Assembly (NCBI RefSeq): GCF_016433145.1 | Contig: NC_058132.1 | Coordinates: 479,124,124 to 479,187,607 of the forward strand | Source of the DNA: Gracilinanus agilis | Lineage: Eukaryota | Direction of reading: 5' to 3' | Length of the DNA: 63,484 nt | Part shown: positions 61,660 to 63,484 of the stretch, piece by piece | Numbering within the stretch: the first letter of the stretch is position 1 | How the letters are laid out: each line of letters starts with the position of its first letter | Notes under the pieces: model-generated | The model's input: the letters and a program-made list of their open reading frames with translations, nothing else | Databases searched by the model: none | Told to the model about the DNA's origin: nothing | Position numbers and translations under genes: made by a program

Positions 61660-63484
61660 TTAGAAGATGGCAGATTAGAGGCAATCTCAACATTCCTCTC
61701 CAAACAACTTAAAATAACACCACAAAGCAAATTTTGGAGTTGCACAGCCCACAAAAGGTTAAGATGAAACATTTTTCAGCCAAAAAAAACTCAAGAGTTT
61801 GGCAGGAGTGGTTAGTGACAGTGGGATAGAAGACTGTTCAAAGACCTCACATACAGAGACAACAACAGTGAACACAGTGGCAGCTTCTTAGCTCAGAAAC
61901 AGTAAGGAGTTGGACAACTGCTAAAAAGAAGATTACAAGGGGGCAGCTGGGTAGCTCAGTGGATTGAGAGCCAGGCCTAGAGACAGGAGGTTCTAGGTTC
62001 AAATCTGGCCTCAGACACTTTCCAGCTGTGTGACCCTGGGCAAGTCACTTGACCCCCATTGCCTACCCTTACCAATCTTCCACCTATAAGTCAATACACA
62101 GAAGTTAAGGGTTTAAAATTTAAAAAAAAAGATTACAGAGAACCCTTTACTGGCAGGAGGTACATCTGGCACTGATTGGCAACTCTGTTGCCATATGCAG
62201 TTCTGGTCACTGTTCAAAGGTAGAGAGGGAGCAGGAATACTGGTCACAATTCCAAGGCAAATATAGCATCAGTCCTTGTGAAACAGCAGAAAGTCTGGAC
62301 CTTCCTGAGTTAAGACCAGAGTGCAGACCAAAAGGGCAGTGACCGCACATGTCCCACAATCTCATGAACTTGAAAGCAGGAAAAACTTGGAAACTTCCTT
62401 CTAACTAACTTTGAAAACAGCCAAAACCAAGGAGTCTGAAGTTTGGAACAATGCCTTCCTATTGCTAGGTGAGCAGAATTGAACTTTTAACATAAAGTTC
62501 AAAGCCAAGAAATAGCCTGTAAAATGAACAAATAACAAAAACAACAACAAAAATGACCACAAAAAGCTAATATAGTTTTAGGCGAAATCAAGACATAAAC
62601 TAAAAAACAAGATAGCAATGTGAAAACAGCTTCAAAAAAAAGCCTTAAAGAAATTGCTTACTTAAACTAAACCCAACAAGAATTCTTAGAAGAGTTAAAG
62701 AAAGAGATAAGTGTGGTAGAAGACAAATTGTGAAAAGAAATGGGTGATGTAAGAAAAGTATGAAAGGGAATAATCAGTTTCATAAAAGAGGCACAAAAAT
62801 ATTCTGAAGAAAAAAATCTCAAAAATGGAATAAGCCTAAGAGTAAAAGAGGCATAAAAATTCACTGAAGAGAAGAAGTATCTATAAAGCAAAATTGGCCA
62901 AATGGAAAAAGAGGTACAAAAGCTCACCAAGGAATAATAATTTCTTATTAATTAAAATTGGACAAGTGAGAGCTAATGACTCCATGAGACATCAAGAAAC
63001 AATAAAAGTAAAAAAAAATGATAAATAGAAGAAAATGTGGAATATCTTAGCAGAAAAACAATTGACCTAGAAAATAGATCAAGGAGAGAAATTTTCAGAA
63101 CTACTAGTCTACATAAAGCCATTATCAAAGAAAAAGCCTGAAAATTTTCAAGGAAAGCTGTCCCGAGATCTTAGACCTGGAGGGATAAATAGAAATCTAA
63201 AGAACCAACCAATTGCCTCTTAAAAGTGATCCTGAAATGAAAACTCCCAAGAATGTTATAGCCAAATTCTAGAGCTCCTAGGTAAAAGAGAAAATACTTC
63301 AAGCAGTCAGAAAGAAATAATTCAAATATGAAGCCACAGTCAAGATCACACAAGATTTAGTAGCTTCCAGTTAAAAGTAGTGGAAGGCTAGGAAAATGAT
63401 ATTCCAAAAGGCAAAGGAACTGGGATTATAACTAAGGATAACACCTAGCCAAACAGTATAATTTTCAAAGGAAAGTTATATTTA
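61660..63484 (+). mobile_element. Marsupial L1 5'UTR and decayed ORF1, running off the window
   Basis: AAGATGGC start; coiled-coil 'KE.QK..EE' repeats near 62780-62930; RRM/CTD residue ('RITQDLAAS', 'GL.PR.T.P.K') near 63340-63460. Confidence 0.88.
61939..62130 (+). mobile_element. Young SINE1_Mdo-type SINE inserted in the L1 5'UTR
   Basis: Near-identical to the reverse complement of 574-764; flanked by AAGATTACA on both sides. Confidence 0.97.

Overview
Non-coding, AT-rich, strongly CpG-depleted genomic DNA from a marsupial. The young SINE1_Mdo-type SINEs, MAR1-type SINEs and marsupial L1/RTE/L2/CR1 relics point to a didelphid, most likely Monodelphis domestica (inference). I find no credible protein-coding exon, tRNA/rRNA gene or CRISPR array; the supplied short ORFs are repeat-derived or chance. 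The window looks like a gene desert or large intron: dense retrotransposon and hAT relics interleaved with repeat-free, CpG-retaining blocks that may be conserved regulatory elements (best at 23.0-24.4 kb). The main finding is a decayed endogenous viral element at about 44.75-46.45 kb (+). Read through its stop codons, it matches the RdRp domain of a bornavirus-type (Mononegavirales) L polymerase at about ten colinear motifs, and the first eight lie in one reading frame. The comparison uses my recollection of BoDV-1 L and needs confirmation by alignment. Bornavirus-like L elements have been reported in opossum, so this locus may or may not be new. Secondary findings: a 73-bp hairpin insertion with TG...CA ends and a 4-bp target duplication, a polyadenylated LTR-like fragment retroposed with a 13-bp target duplication, two hAT MITEs with 8-bp target duplications, and an old L1 split by L2, RTE and MIR insertions. 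Repeat boundaries were set by eye and are approximate unless a target-site duplication (TSD) is quoted.
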